From Balanoglossus misakiensis (Eukaryota; Animalia; Hemichordata), in the NCBI GenBank assembly GCA_040954595.2, contig CM082593.2:11669477-11733476 (forward strand): a DNA stretch of 64,000 nucleotides. Direction: 5' to 3'. Positions 48,132 to 62,417 of the stretch are shown piece by piece (within the stretch, counting starts at the first letter, position 1; each line of letters begins with the position of its first letter). The notes under the pieces were generated by a model that made no database searches, was not told the DNA's origin, and saw nothing but the letters and a program-made list of their open reading frames with translations. The position numbers and the translations under genes are program-made.

Positions 48132-48739
48132 CTAACAATCCCCAACACCTGCAACAAATAATAAATAGTAAATATTAATTGATTATCATAGACTGGTTGA
48201 GTTTAATGTTACCTATGGTACACTTACATTGTATTTTCCCTTTTAATCTGGTGGGTAGTTAGCTATCTGATGTACATTAACCATTGTGAAACTCTAGGAT
48301 CTGATAAACTTATTTATTTATCCAATAGACTTACAAAATGTGAAAATATTTATATTTCTATGGGAGAAACATGGACCGGTACTCAGTCAACTAATCATTA
48401 TGGGGGACTAAAATTTCTACAAATTTAAAATTATTCCTGTAATTATCACCTGTCTATATATTATGTACATTGTAATTGCTAAACTATACCATTCACTGGG
48501 TTTAGCTCCTTACTGGAAAATTGCCATTACAATTTATGCCCAGTTGTGGGTTTAAGAAAAATACACAGTGATAAAAACTGCAAAATTATTAATGTAGTTT
48601 TCAAAAGTTATTCCCTAAAATCATCAGACATAAGTATTAAATTATCACTTAAAGCTAAGCCTACTAATCAATACAAATTCTGCAGAATATTTAAGTTCCA
48701 TGGCTGAGGATTAATGAGAAAACAACACATTTCTTATTT

Positions 48740-48795
48740 ATCATTATCATCATCATCATCATCATCATAATCATCATCATCATCACCATCATTGC

Positions 48796-48839
<44 letters not shown>

Positions 48840-48862
48840 CCATCACCATCACAACCGTCATC
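48740..48862. repeat. (CAT)n microsatellite
   Basis: Directly visible. Confidence 0.95.
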
Positions 48863-49435
48863 AACTAGCAATAACAATTAACATCAAAACTGCCAACACC
48901 ATCACCAACATTAACAGAAATAAAATCAAAATGTTGAATGACCCATGAAAATCAGAAACTGTCAACCAACAGCATTCTACAAAGTCACTAGTTTGTTAAT
49001 CTAGCTGAGGTGATTGTATTATACTCTAAAATATTATATGTTTATTATTATCAGTTTGTAAATTTTTAAGTCTAAGAATATTATAATATTAAAATTTCAA
49101 ATGGCAATTTTTAATACGCATAGCTGACATTATACACCAGTAATTCTGAATGTTCTTTTACTAAAGTACTGCAATTTCCAAAACAGCCATGTTATGTAAA
49201 TTATTTTCCAATTTTCAAACGAGTGCTAACTTCACTGATGAAAAGGGGGAATTTAGACAATGAGCTGTTGGTGAAACTGACTGGATGGTATTAAAACACA
49301 ATTAAATACAGATCTGGAACATAAATGTTATACAATGCAATGTTATATCATATTATTTAATCTGGAAAGAAATCATGCATTTGAGACACATCAATTGTGA
49401 TCACAATTACCGGTTCAATGCAAACACTGTCTGGA

Positions 49436-52345
49436 AGTTTTCATATCAAGCTACAGTACCTGAAACAAAAATTTGTAATCACTGACACCCCCATCATTAT
49501 GAATCGCTGGCACCCCCACCCCCATCATTATGAACACCTTGGTTCACACAGGTTATTTGTTTACGATTGTGAAACACTGTTCACTTTATAACACAAGCAT
49601 AGTAAAATTATTAATGATAAAACACATCATGGTGCAGCATTTTATTAATACTGCAGGTTAGTTCAAAGTTTTCATATCAAGCTACAGTACCTGAAACAAA
49701 AATTGGTAATCTCTTACACCCCCCACCCCTGACACCCCCCACCCCCCATCATTATCAATTAGAACACTTGGTTTCACACAGGTTATTTGTTTACGATTGC
49801 AAAACACTGTTTACTTAATAACACAAGCATAGTAAAATTATTAATGATTATAAAACACATCATGGTGCAGCATTTTATTAATACTGCAGGTTAGTTCAAA
49901 GTTTTCATATCAAGCTACAGTACCTGAAACAAAAATTTGTAATCACTGACACCCCCCTCCCCTGACACCCCCCCCCCCCTCCCACCCCCGATCAGGATGA
50001 ACACATTGATTCACACAGGTTGTTTGTTTACGATTGTGAAACACTGTTCACTTAAGAACACAAGCATAGTCAAATTATTAATGATAAAACACATTATGGT
50101 GCAGCATTTTAATACTGCAGATTAGTTCAAGGTTTTCATATCAAGCTACAGTACCTGAAAAAAAAATTATTATGGCTGACACCCCCCTCCCCCCATCATT
50201 ATCAATTTGAACACTTGGTTTCACACAGGTTGTTTGTTTACGATTGTGAGACACTGTTCACTAAATATGGTGCAGCATTTTAATACTGCAGGTTAGGTCA
50301 AACTTTTCATATCAAGCTACAGTACCTGAAACAAAAATTTGTAATCACTGACACCCCCCTCCCCTGACACCCCCCACCCCCGATCATGATGAACACCTTG
50401 GTTCACACAGGTTGTTTGTTTACGATTGTGAAACACTGTTCACTTAAGAACACAAGCATAGTCAAATTATTAATGATAAAACACATTATGGTGCAGCATT
50501 TTAATACTGCAGATTAGTTCAAGGTTTTCATATCAAGCTACAGTACCTGACACAAAAATTTGTGATCACTGACATCCCCCTCCCCCCATCATTATCAATT
50601 AGAACACTTGGTTTCACATAGGTTGTTTGTTTATGATTGTGAAACACTGTTCACTAAATATGGTGCAGCATTTTAATTAATACTGCAGGTTAGTTCAAAG
50701 TTTTCATATCAAGCTACAGTACCTGAAACAAAAATTTGTGATCACTGACACCCCCCTCCCCTGACACCCCCACCCCCGATCATGATGAACACCTTGGTTC
50801 ACACAGGTTGTTTGTTTACGATTGTGAAACACTGTTCACTTAAGAACACAAGCATAATCAAATTATTAATGATAAAACACATTATGGTGCAGCATTTTAA
50901 TACTGCAGATTAGTTCAAGGTTTTCATATCAAGCTACAGTACCTGAAACAAAAATTTATTATCGCTGACACCCCCCTCCCCCAATCATTATCAATTTGAA
51001 CACTTGGTTTCACACAGGTTGTTTGTTTACGATTGTGAAACACTGTTCACTTAATTAACACAAGCATAGTAGAATTATTACTGATAAAACACATCATGGT
51101 GCAGCATTTTAATACTGCAGATTAGTTCAAAGTTTTCATATCAAGCTACAGTACCTGAAACAAAAAATTGTATTCACTTACACCCCCCAACCCTGACACC
51201 TCCCACCCCCGATCAATACCAATTAGAACACCATGGTTTCACACAGGTTGTTTGTTTACGATTGTGAAACACTGTTCACTTAATTAACATAAGCATGGTA
51301 AAATTTTTAATGATAAAACCCATCATGGTGCAGCATTTTATACTGCAGATTAGTTCAAGGTTTTCATATCAAGCTACAGTACCTGAAACAAAAAATTGTA
51401 ATCACTTACACCCCCCAACCCTGACACCTCCCACACCCGATCATTACCAATTAGAACACCTTGGTTTCACGTTGGTTACTTGTTTACGATCGTGAAACAC
51501 TGTTCACTTAATTAACACAAGCATAGTAGAATTATTAATGATAAAACACATCATGGTGCAGCAATTTAATACTGCAGATTAGTTCAAAGTTTTCATATCA
51601 AGCTACAGTACCTGAAACAAAAATTTGTAATCACTGACAACCCCCACCCCCGATCATTACCAATTAGAACACATTGGTTTCACACAGATTGTTTGTTTAT
51701 GATCGTGAAACACTGTTTACTTAATAAGACAAGCATGGCAAAATTATTAATGATAAAACACATCATGGTGCACCAATTTAATACTGCAGATTAGTTCAAA
51801 GTTTTCATATCAAGCTACAGTACCTGAAACAAAAATTTGTAATCGCTGACAGCCCCCACCCCTGACAACCCCCACCCCCGATCATTACCACACTGGCTGT
51901 TCGTTTACGATTGTGAAACACTGTTCACTTAATAACACAAGCATAGTAAAATTATTAATGGTACAACACAACATGGTGCAGCATTTTAATACTGCAGATT
52001 AGTTCAAAGTTTTCATATCAAGTTACAGTACCTGAAACAAAAAATTGTAATCGCTGTAACCCCCTACCCCATCATTATGAACACATTGGTTCACACAGGT
52101 TGTTTGTTTACGATTGTGAAACATTGTTCCCTTAAGAACACATGCTTGGTAAAATTATTAATGAAATTAATCACATCATGGTGCAGCATTTTAATACTGC
52201 AGGTTAGTTTAAAGTTCTCATACCAAGCTACAGTACCTGACACAAAAATTTGTAATCACTGACAACCCCCTTCCCCCATCATTATCAATAAGAACACCCT
52301 GGTTTCACACAGGTTGTTTGTTTACAATTGTGAAACACTGTTCAT
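49436..52345. repeat. Satellite-like tandem array, 170-235-bp units, about 14 copies
   Basis: TTTTCATATCAAGCTACAGTACCTGAAACAAAAA-like marker at ~49436, 49666, 49899, 50130, 50301, 50521, 50698, 50917, 51130, 51357, 51586, 51799, 52006 and 52212. Confidence 0.96.
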
Positions 52346-52617
52346 GTTATAACACCACAAATTCCATAGTGTAATATTATTAACTAGTTTGATAAATCAG
52401 AAACTTCTGAGTGCGTGGTTACTTATATGGTATTTCATGTTTGAGAGTGCAAGGTTATGACATCCCCAAATCTGACTGGCCAGGTCAGAATGGGAACACC
52501 CACATGTGTGCAAGTTTTAATAGAAAACACCTGAGAGCATGACTGCACCCAGCAGATCACCCATTTACAAAGCTTTGTGTCATTACATGTGAGTATGATA
52601 TTTTTATTTTTATAAGT

Positions 52618-52621
52618 ATCG

Positions 52622-52660
<39 letters not shown>

Positions 52661-53070
52661 CCATATCATCAGTATCACCATCTAAACCATTATTATCACC
52701 ATCACCATCAGTATCACCACCATCACCATCAGTATCACCATCATCACCATCATTATCACCATCACCACCATTATTATCACCATCATCACCATCAGTATCA
52801 CCATCACTACCATTATTATCACCATCATCACCATCATTATCACCATCATCACCATTATTATCACTATCATCACCATCATTATCACCATCACCACCACTAT
52901 TATCACCATCAGTATCACCATCACCACCATTATTATCACCATCATCATCACCATCACCACCATTATTATCATCATCATCACCATCACCACCACTATTATC
53001 ACCATCAGTATCACCATCACCACCATTATTATCACCATCATCACCATCATCATCACCATCACCACCATTA
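52618..53070. repeat. (CAT/CAC/TAT)n compound trinucleotide repeat
   Basis: Directly visible; explains the spurious M/V/I-rich ORF 52682-53197. Confidence 0.95.
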
Positions 53071-53927
53071 TTATCTTAATCAGTATCACCAGTACCACCA
53101 GATTCACATTCATTGTCATCACTATTACCAGTATTATCATATTCAACACCGCTATGTTACGGTTAAAACTGCTGTACCAGTTAGTACAGATCTCCATTTA
53201 CCATGGTAACTGTATTTAAATTTGCATGCATGCATTTTGTCTGAAACACAGACGAACCCGTTACATGATATATTTTACATGTCAAGCAAAATGGCTGCTA
53301 CATTTGTACATTAAAATGATACGAGGCAACAGGGATTCATATGAAGTGCATTCCTAGAAAAAAAGAAAACTTTATTTAATTCATTTAATAACAGGCATAT
53401 CAATGATATATATCTATACCAGTCATAAATTTTCACCAACAGCTCTATGTACTAGGATCATTTTACCCTGGTTTGTACAAACACATTTGCTTTGCAAAAC
53501 TCTGTACACAGAATCACAAAGTATGTAATGCAAACTTGAACTATGCATAAACATTAGGCTACCAATTCTGACGAATATTTAAGATGAATGTGACTGATTG
53601 TCTGGATGAAAATACATCTCTGTGTAACATATATTTATGGTTAAATTAAACCTTTACTTACATTATTATTTCTGTTATTTTATACCACTACAACCACAAT
53701 GCTAACGCTAGTAACAGATACAACATTACACCCATTATTCTGGATTAAATTAAGACCACTAAGAAACAAATATTAACCACCTATACCACTCAAGACATAT
53801 TCATTCTCCAACCTATTGCGTCTCAAAGTATCCTGAAGATCCACCAAAACCAGACAATACCACATTGACATATGCTCTGCAGAAACTACTATTATTGGTG
53901 TCTTTCTTACACAGATATAAAGAACTA

Positions 53928-54060
53928 ATCATCATCATCATTGTTACTGTTTTTGTAACATCTTCATCATCATTATTGTCATCATCATCCTCATTATAAT
54001 CATCATCATCATTATCATCATCATCACAATCATCATTATCATCATCATCATTGTAGTCAT
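53928..54060. repeat. Degenerate (CAT)n microsatellite
   Basis: Directly visible. Confidence 0.85.
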
Positions 54061-55074
54061 TATTTTTAGTTATTTTATTATCATCCTCCTATTATTCATC
54101 CTATTATTCCTAATCATTTTTTTTCTCATATTACATTTGTCTTTCAATTGTCATTGATTTTAAGAATATTACTGCTCCAATTTCAACGTGACTGGTGTGA
54201 TCATCCTCTTTGCCGTAATTTGCATTTGAACATCATGAAGTTAATCCAAACTGAAAAGCAGATGCCTACCATGTCGTTTTTAATCCTCCCTACCTTAAAT
54301 AGGTTTTAAGCTACCTAAGTGAGTGATGAAAATCTCATAATATGGTCGACACAATTTCAAGATGGCCGATTTTTGCCATGTTTAAGAAATGGGAGTTCAT
54401 GAGCTAAAGTGATATTGAGTCTTTCTGAATCTTTGTAACAGAAAAAATAACAAAATGTGAAAAAAGTTTAATGAGTTTGATATGTTAAGTACAAAGACAG
54501 ACATGTTTGACCAAAGAAAGTCATAACATACAGTAAACATATCATTTATTCTATCTCTTACTACAGTGAGTTGTCGACTTTTTACCCAGAATGCAATTAT
54601 TATAATGTGATTTGACCCCCTAGCACAAAGTGAACACCTATTAAAGGCAGCCAGAATTCTGCACCATCTGCCAATTATGCAATATTTAAGCTGTCAAGTA
54701 AAACAATAAAGTACATCGTATAAAAAATTTTACTTCCCTGCTCAAAGCTCGGCTGCTATAATGTACATCTATTTCTGTAATCTTCAACTTTTTCCCACAA
54801 GTCCTGTCGGCTAGATCACATGGAAAGTTCCTCCTGCAATTTAAGAAAGTTGAAAACAATTTTGAGCACAAAATCAAAACTTTCAAAAAATATAGAAATC
54901 ATGGGTAAGAGGAACTCATATGTTTTCATCTTCAAATTTGTATAAAGTTGTTTATAAAACTGTTGCCAGTTCTCATCCACATATAAAAATGAGATAACTA
55001 CAGAGCCTTATATTATAATCCTAAATTTTAAAATTTAGGAGAACATTTACTATAGTTCTAAGCAGGAAAGTTAA

Positions 55075-55419
55075 AGGACAAAGTCTCTCTTTGCTACCCT
55101 TTTCCCAATAATTATGTTTGATACAAGACACCGTTTATGTTAATGTATATGTGGATATATAGTGAACCAACGTTCAACCACACACAACTTCCATCCCGCT
55201 TGTAGACATGAGAGTGAAAAACTCGCCAAAATGAATAATCAGTGTCTACCATTTATTCATTTTGGGTGAGCTTTCACTCTCATATCATACAAGTGGTATG
55301 GAATTTGTGTGTTGTTGAATGTACATTCACTACATATACAAATGTTCATTAACATAAACAGTGTGTTGTATCAAACCTAATTAATGGGAAAAGGGCAGGG
55401 AGAGAGAGACTTTGTCCGT
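55075..55419. mobile_element. Second copy of the fold-back TTAA MITE seen at 7408-7753
   Basis: TTAA|AGGACAAAGTCTCTCT ... AGAGAGAGACTTTGTCCGT|TTAA; collinear with 7408-7753. Confidence 0.9.
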
Positions 55420-56199
55420 TTAACTTCCTAGGCTGAGAATGCTGAAATACTTGAATAGACGCAGACATGGTCAATTGTCAATAGTCTCCTCAGTAAAAGC
55501 CCAGAAAATGTTACCACAGGCAGTTCAACATTAAGATGATACAGTTGGTGTTTGAATCAAGGGTGCTATTCTTTTGAACTTTATGCAAATGTGCAATTCA
55601 GATCATTGACTCAGAACAGCAGCTCACATTGTAAAATATTGGAAAATGCTTCACAAATCATCATTGATAATCATGATCACACCGAAAAAAAGATTAGATA
55701 GCACAATTTTATTCCTACACTTTACATGGGGTGTAATTGCAGTGCAGTGTACAGACTAAAACTGCAATGGAATTCTCTGCAATTCTTACTCTCAATCTTG
55801 CCTTACTTTATGAATATTTGTATACTAGTATGATTGTCATAATGGCAACAGAAAAAATGTCCCTCTCATTATCAAAAGGCCCTTAAAGTGGAGACCACCG
55901 GCAAAAATGAACTCAAATCTCTGATCCTAGATTCACCACAGCACAAACACACATTGTGTCCGCTGTGGAAAAATCATATTGACAGGCTAAAAATATTGTG
56001 TATGGAGACATTTACATAACCAAAACAAAAAAGTCCCACTATTTATACAAAGTATGTTTTCAGTGACCAGATGTGTTTGCCAACCTTTATATGCCAAGGT
56101 TCAGAAGCGCAGTTTCTGAGATCTAGGTGAACAAAAAATTAAAATGACTCAAGAAAAAAGAAAAAAAAAACTCCAGTAATTACAGTAGGGACCCAAGCG

Positions 56200-56940
56200 C
56201 CTAATTAAGACCCAATACACCAAAAATTGCCCTAAGAACACAAATTTCACCAACACTTTTCATTGCCTACTTGAGTTCCCACATGATAATTCCTACAAAA
56301 TGTCACAGCAATATTGCTTCAAAAGTGGTAAAAACACAAGAATGCAAATATCACCGGAATTGTACAATGTCTTACTTCAATCACCATAAGGAATGTGCCT
56401 ACAAAAATTCAAAGCAATCTGACAAACGGTTTCATAGAAAACAATTTTTTTGCGCAAAATCCCCCAAAATTGCCCCAAGAACACGAATATGGAAATTTCA
56501 CCAACAAGGTATGTACGACAGCTTACTTGGGTTATCCCTAGGAACATGCCTACCAAAATCCTAATGATTCTGGACAAGAGGTTTCAGAGAAATGATTTTT
56601 TACAAAAAATCATCAAAATTACCCAAAAATTACAAATATGCAAATTATGCAACAAACTGGAAAAAATGACTTAGATTACCTATTGGAAGCTTCATAATAA
56701 ATTTTAAAGCAATCAACCCATGATTGTTTACAGTCTATAATTTAAAAAAAAGACTAAAATCTTCATAAAAATAGAAAATTCATGATATTAACTAAAATTT
56801 TGAGGACTGTATGAGGTTCAGTGGTTGACATAAGGTACATTCATACCAATTTTCAAAGCAATTTGCCCAATAGTTGTTGAGTTTCGGAGTTTTGACCAAT
56901 TTCACATGTTCAAGCTAATTTGCATATTTTTGAGAATGAC
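56200..56940. repeat. Degenerate AT-rich modular repeat related to 59480-60268 (HINE-like core modules)
   Basis: Recurrent CCTAC/ATACCAA...TTCAAAGCAAT and GCAAATTTCA-type modules resembling those at 59480-59990; ends not defined. Confidence 0.45.
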
Positions 56941-58216
56941 AACTTCGTTTATATCAAGGTGATATGCCAAGTGGTTTCCAAGTTTTTTTATTTGGATTGA
57001 CATACATACCATGGGACCTAAACACAACGTTTCAGTCAACTTTATGAGCGTTGCTACTCTAGTGAAATTCAAGTTGTAATTGCTCGGATAGAAATTTGTC
57101 TAGTCATGCTTTATATGGATAGTTTTGGTTTGCTATGGAACTACTGACTATTTAGCTTGTTGTATGAATACGACTATGAGTAAACATTCATACAAACTCG
57201 TTATTATGATATAAAAAGCCTAAAAATGCATCTGAAACCCAATTTTTCGCTTACTATGAATATGTGTAATAAAATTGAATCCTTCATCAATGCTGGCCGG
57301 GGTCACAAATTATGTCACGGCATGTTTTTTCGTAAACACGATATTAAATTTAATTAAATAGGACCTAATGTACTCACTGAAACGTTCAAGTCGACCAACG
57401 ATATTCCATGCACACTGTGTAACATCTTCAGAGGGACTCCAGCATAACATTTGGATTCAAACGCGCACACTAATCATAATATACTATTCTTCGCGTTCAG
57501 TGACGGCATCCATCCCGAATATTCTCGTCAGAGAGATAAAGTCCGCCATGACACCTTGTGACGCAATCGTGTAAAATTCCATTACGTTGGACAACTTCCA
57601 CTGCCTGCGCTAGAAATACACAAGAAACTTGAACTGTTCATGATAAAACTTGCACCTGGACCTCTGGCGAATACTTGGAACCAGTATTTCAGGAATAATA
57701 TTCCATTTTGAGGGCTTCGCGATCCATTCAATCCGAGCGATGGAAGTCAGAGATTCAAATCGCCCCGCCATGACACCACGACTATACAGCGCCCCCAAGG
57801 CCATGTTTTGTTTTTTTGTCAGCTGGCTCCAAGTACGAGTGTTCATTGCAAGCCGTGTAATATATAAGGCCAGATGGCCCAGACTGCTATGAAAGTTTCC
57901 CCGGGCAGTGTATCTAATACAGCGGATGTTATATAGCGATTCCCTTTCGCTACAGTCACGGTGACGAGCAAAGCCATCCTTTCCTTTTAGCCTATAGCGC
58001 AGTCAGCGTGGGAATGGGCGGGGGAACAGACCAGTACTGGAAAGTAAAACTGTAAAAGTAAAACGTCTTTTCATATTTTAATAGACGAACTCTGCAAAAG
58101 TTTCATTCCCAAACATGAATTTTGAGATATTTAAAACTTGTATTTGATAGCAATTTAGGCCTACACTGGCCTACAGAATCAACATTTTTTCACACCGAGT
58201 AGGCTCGGATGCGTAA

Positions 58217-58801
58217 GGGAGCATTCGTTTTTTACAGGGAGGGGGGGGGGGGCGGTGGAAATCAGGGGGGGGGTTACTTTTACAAAGCAGTTTTTAGGGG
58301 GGGACAAATTTTATAATCAAGGGATTATTATATAGGGACTGAAAGGGGGGGACTTGACTGAAACTTTGACGGCTAAATATTTATTTTGAGTCCACAAAAA
58401 TGCAGTTTCACGCCCTTTATTTTACAAAATTTTCCCTTCAATTCTCGGTTTACAATGTCTCCCAAAACAGAATACAAATACTTAAAAAATAAAAACTGTT
58501 CAGTTTTGATGATGAGGGGAAACATCGGTTTCAAATTCTTTTCATGGGAGCGCTGTTTTTCTTTTTTACAAGATATAGAGGTGATGTGTTTTGCTCTGTG
58601 AAAGAAAATGGGGAGGGGGATTTCAAGTTTAATCCGGAGGATAAACTCTTTTTTTTGGGGGGGGGTCACATTTTACAATTGAAGAATTTAGGGGGGGACA
58701 CATTTTAGAAAAGTAATTTCGAAGGGGGGTTGTCTTTTACATTTAGTCGGCGACTCAAATTCCACCGCCCCCCCCCCTCCCTGTAAAAAACGAATGCTCC
58801 C
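58217..58801. mobile_element. Harbinger-type MITE with M1 termini and an M2-derived interior
   Basis: TAA|GGGAGCATTCG ... CGAATGCTCCC|TAA; 58333-58626 aligns to the M2 interior. Confidence 0.9.
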
Positions 58802-59479
58802 TAACATTATGTACCGATCATGCCGATTTTGGAGAGAAAATTGTCCCCAAATGGCAAATATTTCCCTCAGCCCATAATTGGTGGGATAAATTCGTAGAGT
58901 CTGGTCGGAATGTCGGTTGATGCAGAGACGGAAACACGAGTAGAGTAGATTTAAACGCCAATGATAGGCCTATGACTTTATTTCAACCAGATATGAACTG
59001 AATATGCTCACGTGCAGTACTGTGATTGGTTGACAGAATAACAAGATTAGAAAAACGAGTGTTAAACCATTTTGGTTTATAGTGTATATGGTGTAAGGGT
59101 TGTGTGTTGCACCATTGTGAAATGTAAACATGTTTGTGGAATTGTTGCCTTGTCAATTTTTGTAAGGGGTTAGGGACGATGTCAAATAACAAAAAATATG
59201 TTTAGCTTGAAACCCCTGCACTCCCCCTTGTAACCTAATTGTTGAATACTGATCAGTGCCTCTTATTATTTCATTATTGTGACCACTCCATATTTAAACC
59301 ATAACCAGGATAGAAAAGTACACTATCACACATATTGATATTTCGACAATATTTGAATGAAAACATTTCTTTTCAATTCTGAGTTTACATCAGGTCTTGA
59401 TTTCTGTTCATGCCTAAGAACCTCTTTAACAAGTTTCAATAAGGAAGACATTTTGGCAAACAACAGGAAATTCAGACAA

Positions 59480-60268
59480 ATCTGACTGGTATCACATATA
59501 TGAATTCCCATTCAAAGTTTTCAATCAATTGGACTTGTGGTTTTACTGAAGACAATTTGGCCAAACCCTGCAGAAATTCCCCCAAAAATACAATTATGCA
59601 AATTTCATTACAATTTGATCATATCTGACTGAGATCACCCCTAGAAACCCAAATACAAAGTATCAAAACAATTCCACTTACAGTTTCACAGGATTTGATT
59701 TTTTGACAAAAACAGGAAATATTGCCCAAAAATGCATTTTTGCAAATTTCACCACCGTTTGCACAAAAGTGATTCACGTAAGCCCTATGAACCTCCATAC
59801 CAAGTTTCAAATCAATTGGACATGTAATTTCAGAGAAGAAATTTTTTTAACAAAACTGCAGAAAATTCCCCCAAAAAATCATAAAAAATAGCAAACGCCA
59901 GATACTGACTCCACCTGAACAAAATCATACGAGGTCTTCCCAAAGTACTTGCACACCAATGCACGCCAATTTTTAACTGAATCTGATCCGCTGTTATTAA
60001 GTTTTTCAATTTTGACTATTTGAACATTTTTCCAGTTAATACCAGTATGCATTTTTTCGCAATAACAATTTCTATGTACACACTAAATATCAGTAGTTTC
60101 AAGTTTTTGATGTTGATGGACATACACATACATACATCAATACATTTAGACGAAACTGATCCATTCACAAAATACATAATTCTGTATGAGGCACACATAC
60201 AGACATACATAGACGACGGACACCAGCTTATGCTATAAGCTGACATTGATATACATGTTAGCCAAAAA
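59480..60268 (+). mobile_element. Helentron-associated (HINE/pearl-like) element, degenerate
   Basis: Tandem core modules (AAGTTT.CAATCAATTGGAC at ~59515 and ~59801), short (GACA/CATA) microsatellite, then hairpin GCTGACAT...ATGTTAGC and an A-run. Left end uncertain. Confidence 0.55.
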
Positions 60269-61178
60269 CCAAAATCAACCTCAAAATAGACATTAAAATA
60301 TATTGCACCACCATGAGAAGACAAATTCATTCTTCGACAAATTTTCTGGGGCGTCATTGATATAGCATGGCATATTGTCAAAGTACGTAGTCTCTGTGAT
60401 AAGATTCCATACACACAAAATGGTAACCTTGGAAGTCCAGCTGACGTAGTTATGCAATGGCGTCTCGTGTATTCCGTCGCCAAAAAATCATCGTAAAATT
60501 GATAATCGGGGTCACAATTCTAGACGACTTTCTCTAAATTCTTTATGAATGGATTAAATCGAAATCGAAATGTTGACGTATGACGTACGAAATGAGATCT
60601 GAACAGACATTCAATGTTATCATTCTCGCTCGATCACATATTGGGTAGGCCATCTAGCAATCGCTATATAGTATTGGCGATAACAGACTGTCTATAAATT
60701 CACAAAACGGATTTTACTGTTGAGTGTGATCAACCGCCACGTTATTTTTCTCTGAACAATAGACAAATAGAAAGCCTGGTGACATTTTGAGATTGACTGC
60801 GTGAGGACCACAATATGCGTGAATCATTTACGGTTTGTCTTGATGAATGGGTCACGTCATAGTCATAACGCGGATTCGGCTGCACGCCAACTATCCGCCA
60901 TATTGTCTCCACTAACTTACTCGTAAGTAGTTTCAAACTTCATTTGAAAAGAGTATTCGTCTGACGGTCCTGTAGATTAACAATTTACGCTCTATGAAGC
61001 AACTAAACAACGTTAGCTTCCTTGTGGATTCACGTAGGGAAGTTATTCGTAACGACGGGTACAGCGTCTGAGCATGGACAGAACCACGGCAATATCGCCA
61101 GGAATGTCTCATTTCACAGCGCCCTCAAACAGTCGATCTCCTCAAACTATCGTTTCCACTGGTCATATATGCGGCATT

Positions 61179-61360
61179 AACGAAAGCTCACATAGACAAC
61201 CATGTAATAGAAAAATGAAAACTTAAATAACTTCATTAATATCAAAGCCACACCCACCAAAACCTTTTCAGTTCTTGCCATATGATATCTAAACCTGTGT
61301 ACTAAATTTGGTGGAAATCGGTTCAGCGGTTCTTGAGATATCGGGTATACAGACAGACAG

Positions 61361-61391
<31 letters not shown>

Positions 61392-61450
61392 TACACACAC
61401 ACAGACATCGCTAAACCATAAGCTCACGTGATTTTCACGTGAGCTAAAAA
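61179..61450 (+). mobile_element. Short Helentron-associated (HINE/pearl-like) element
   Basis: Core module ACTAAATTTGGTGGAAATCGG, (GACA)/(CA) microsatellite, perfect 11-bp hairpin AGCTCACGTGA-TTT-TCACGTGAGCT (61421-61445), then AAAAA. Confidence 0.7.
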
Positions 61451-61602
61451 GGATCAACCGTGGATATACTGGACAAGGCCTGTAGTCCAGGCTGGACCCC
61501 ACTCTGGAACGAACTCCTTTAGTGTAGAACAGGGTGTAGAATGAACTGAAATGTGTTGGAACCCCCTGACTTTAGGAGCTGAAATCCACTCCTTTGTATA
61601 TG

Positions 61603-61804
61603 CTGTAAAAGACAATAAATTTTCGCGAAATACGCGCGAGCCAAAATAGCGTGAAAATAAAAAGTCGCGTAATTTTTTTGAAGATGACGATGCAGTGAAT
61701 GAAATAAGAGAACGCGAATATTAAAACTCGGGAATTAAAACAGTGGCCTCTTACGATATCGCGAAAATTTCAACTTGCGAAAATAAAGTGTTTAGGCCTA
61801 ACAG
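61603..61804. mobile_element. Possible Tc1/mariner-type MITE remnant
   Basis: CTGTAAAA ... ACAG|TA ends with internal repeated CGCGAAA motifs; left TA TSD is not intact. Confidence 0.4.
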
Positions 61805-62094
61805 TAGTCATGGTAGCCTGAGGTTCTCCCATCCCATTTCCTGTTAGATTCTGCAATAATTCGGCATATCAACTCAACTCTAATGTACCAATTTACACAA
61901 AGCGTTACATAACAGAGTCAGTTTGTTGATTTTTTTATTTCTTTTCGTTAAAATTCAGCAATTGCAGGTTATTAGTTACCATTACTTCATGAAATCTAGA
62001 ATGGTGCAACCTTTATTATCGACCTATTTCGCTCTCATCTGTGTTTTCAAAGATCTTTGAAATTGTCTCTTGTTTACTCAAGTTTCTTGTATAC

Positions 62095-62417
62095 CTCAGA
62101 TAACAAGTTTGGTTACCCAGACCCCTCTGCTTCTTCCGCTGCGCTCCCGAAAAGAGTGCAGCGGAAGAAGCAGACCCACCCGCTTCTTCCGTTGGACACT
62201 CCAGAAAGAGGGATTGTCCCGCAGAATATACCCCACGAGGACGCTGTTGCTGACCTTCGACCCGTAGACTTTGACCCCTTACAGCGTCTTCGTTGTAAAC
62301 ACATTTGAGATGCAGGCTAGCGAATCTGCCAGTTCGTTTTAATGGCACATTTTTTCTGTCGTCAACTCCAATGTCGCCTTTTCTATGGACGTTACTTGGC
62401 CAGTGTTCGTTACACAT
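62095..62417 (-). CDS. Possible first coding exon of an unidentified gene
   Basis: More GC-rich than its surroundings; open frame MCNEHWPSNVHRK...NQTCYL ending at a donor-like AG|GTATAC. No recognisable domain and no downstream exons identified. Confidence 0.2.

Noticed and set aside
52682-53197. 171-aa hydrophobic M/V/I-rich ORF
   Set aside because: Translation of a (CAT/CAC)n trinucleotide repeat.
57368-57892. Short ORFs in a GC-richer patch
   Set aside because: No recognisable domain; the apparent peptide similarity comes from a DNA direct repeat (CCGCCATGACACC at ~57543 and ~57765); the frames close quickly.
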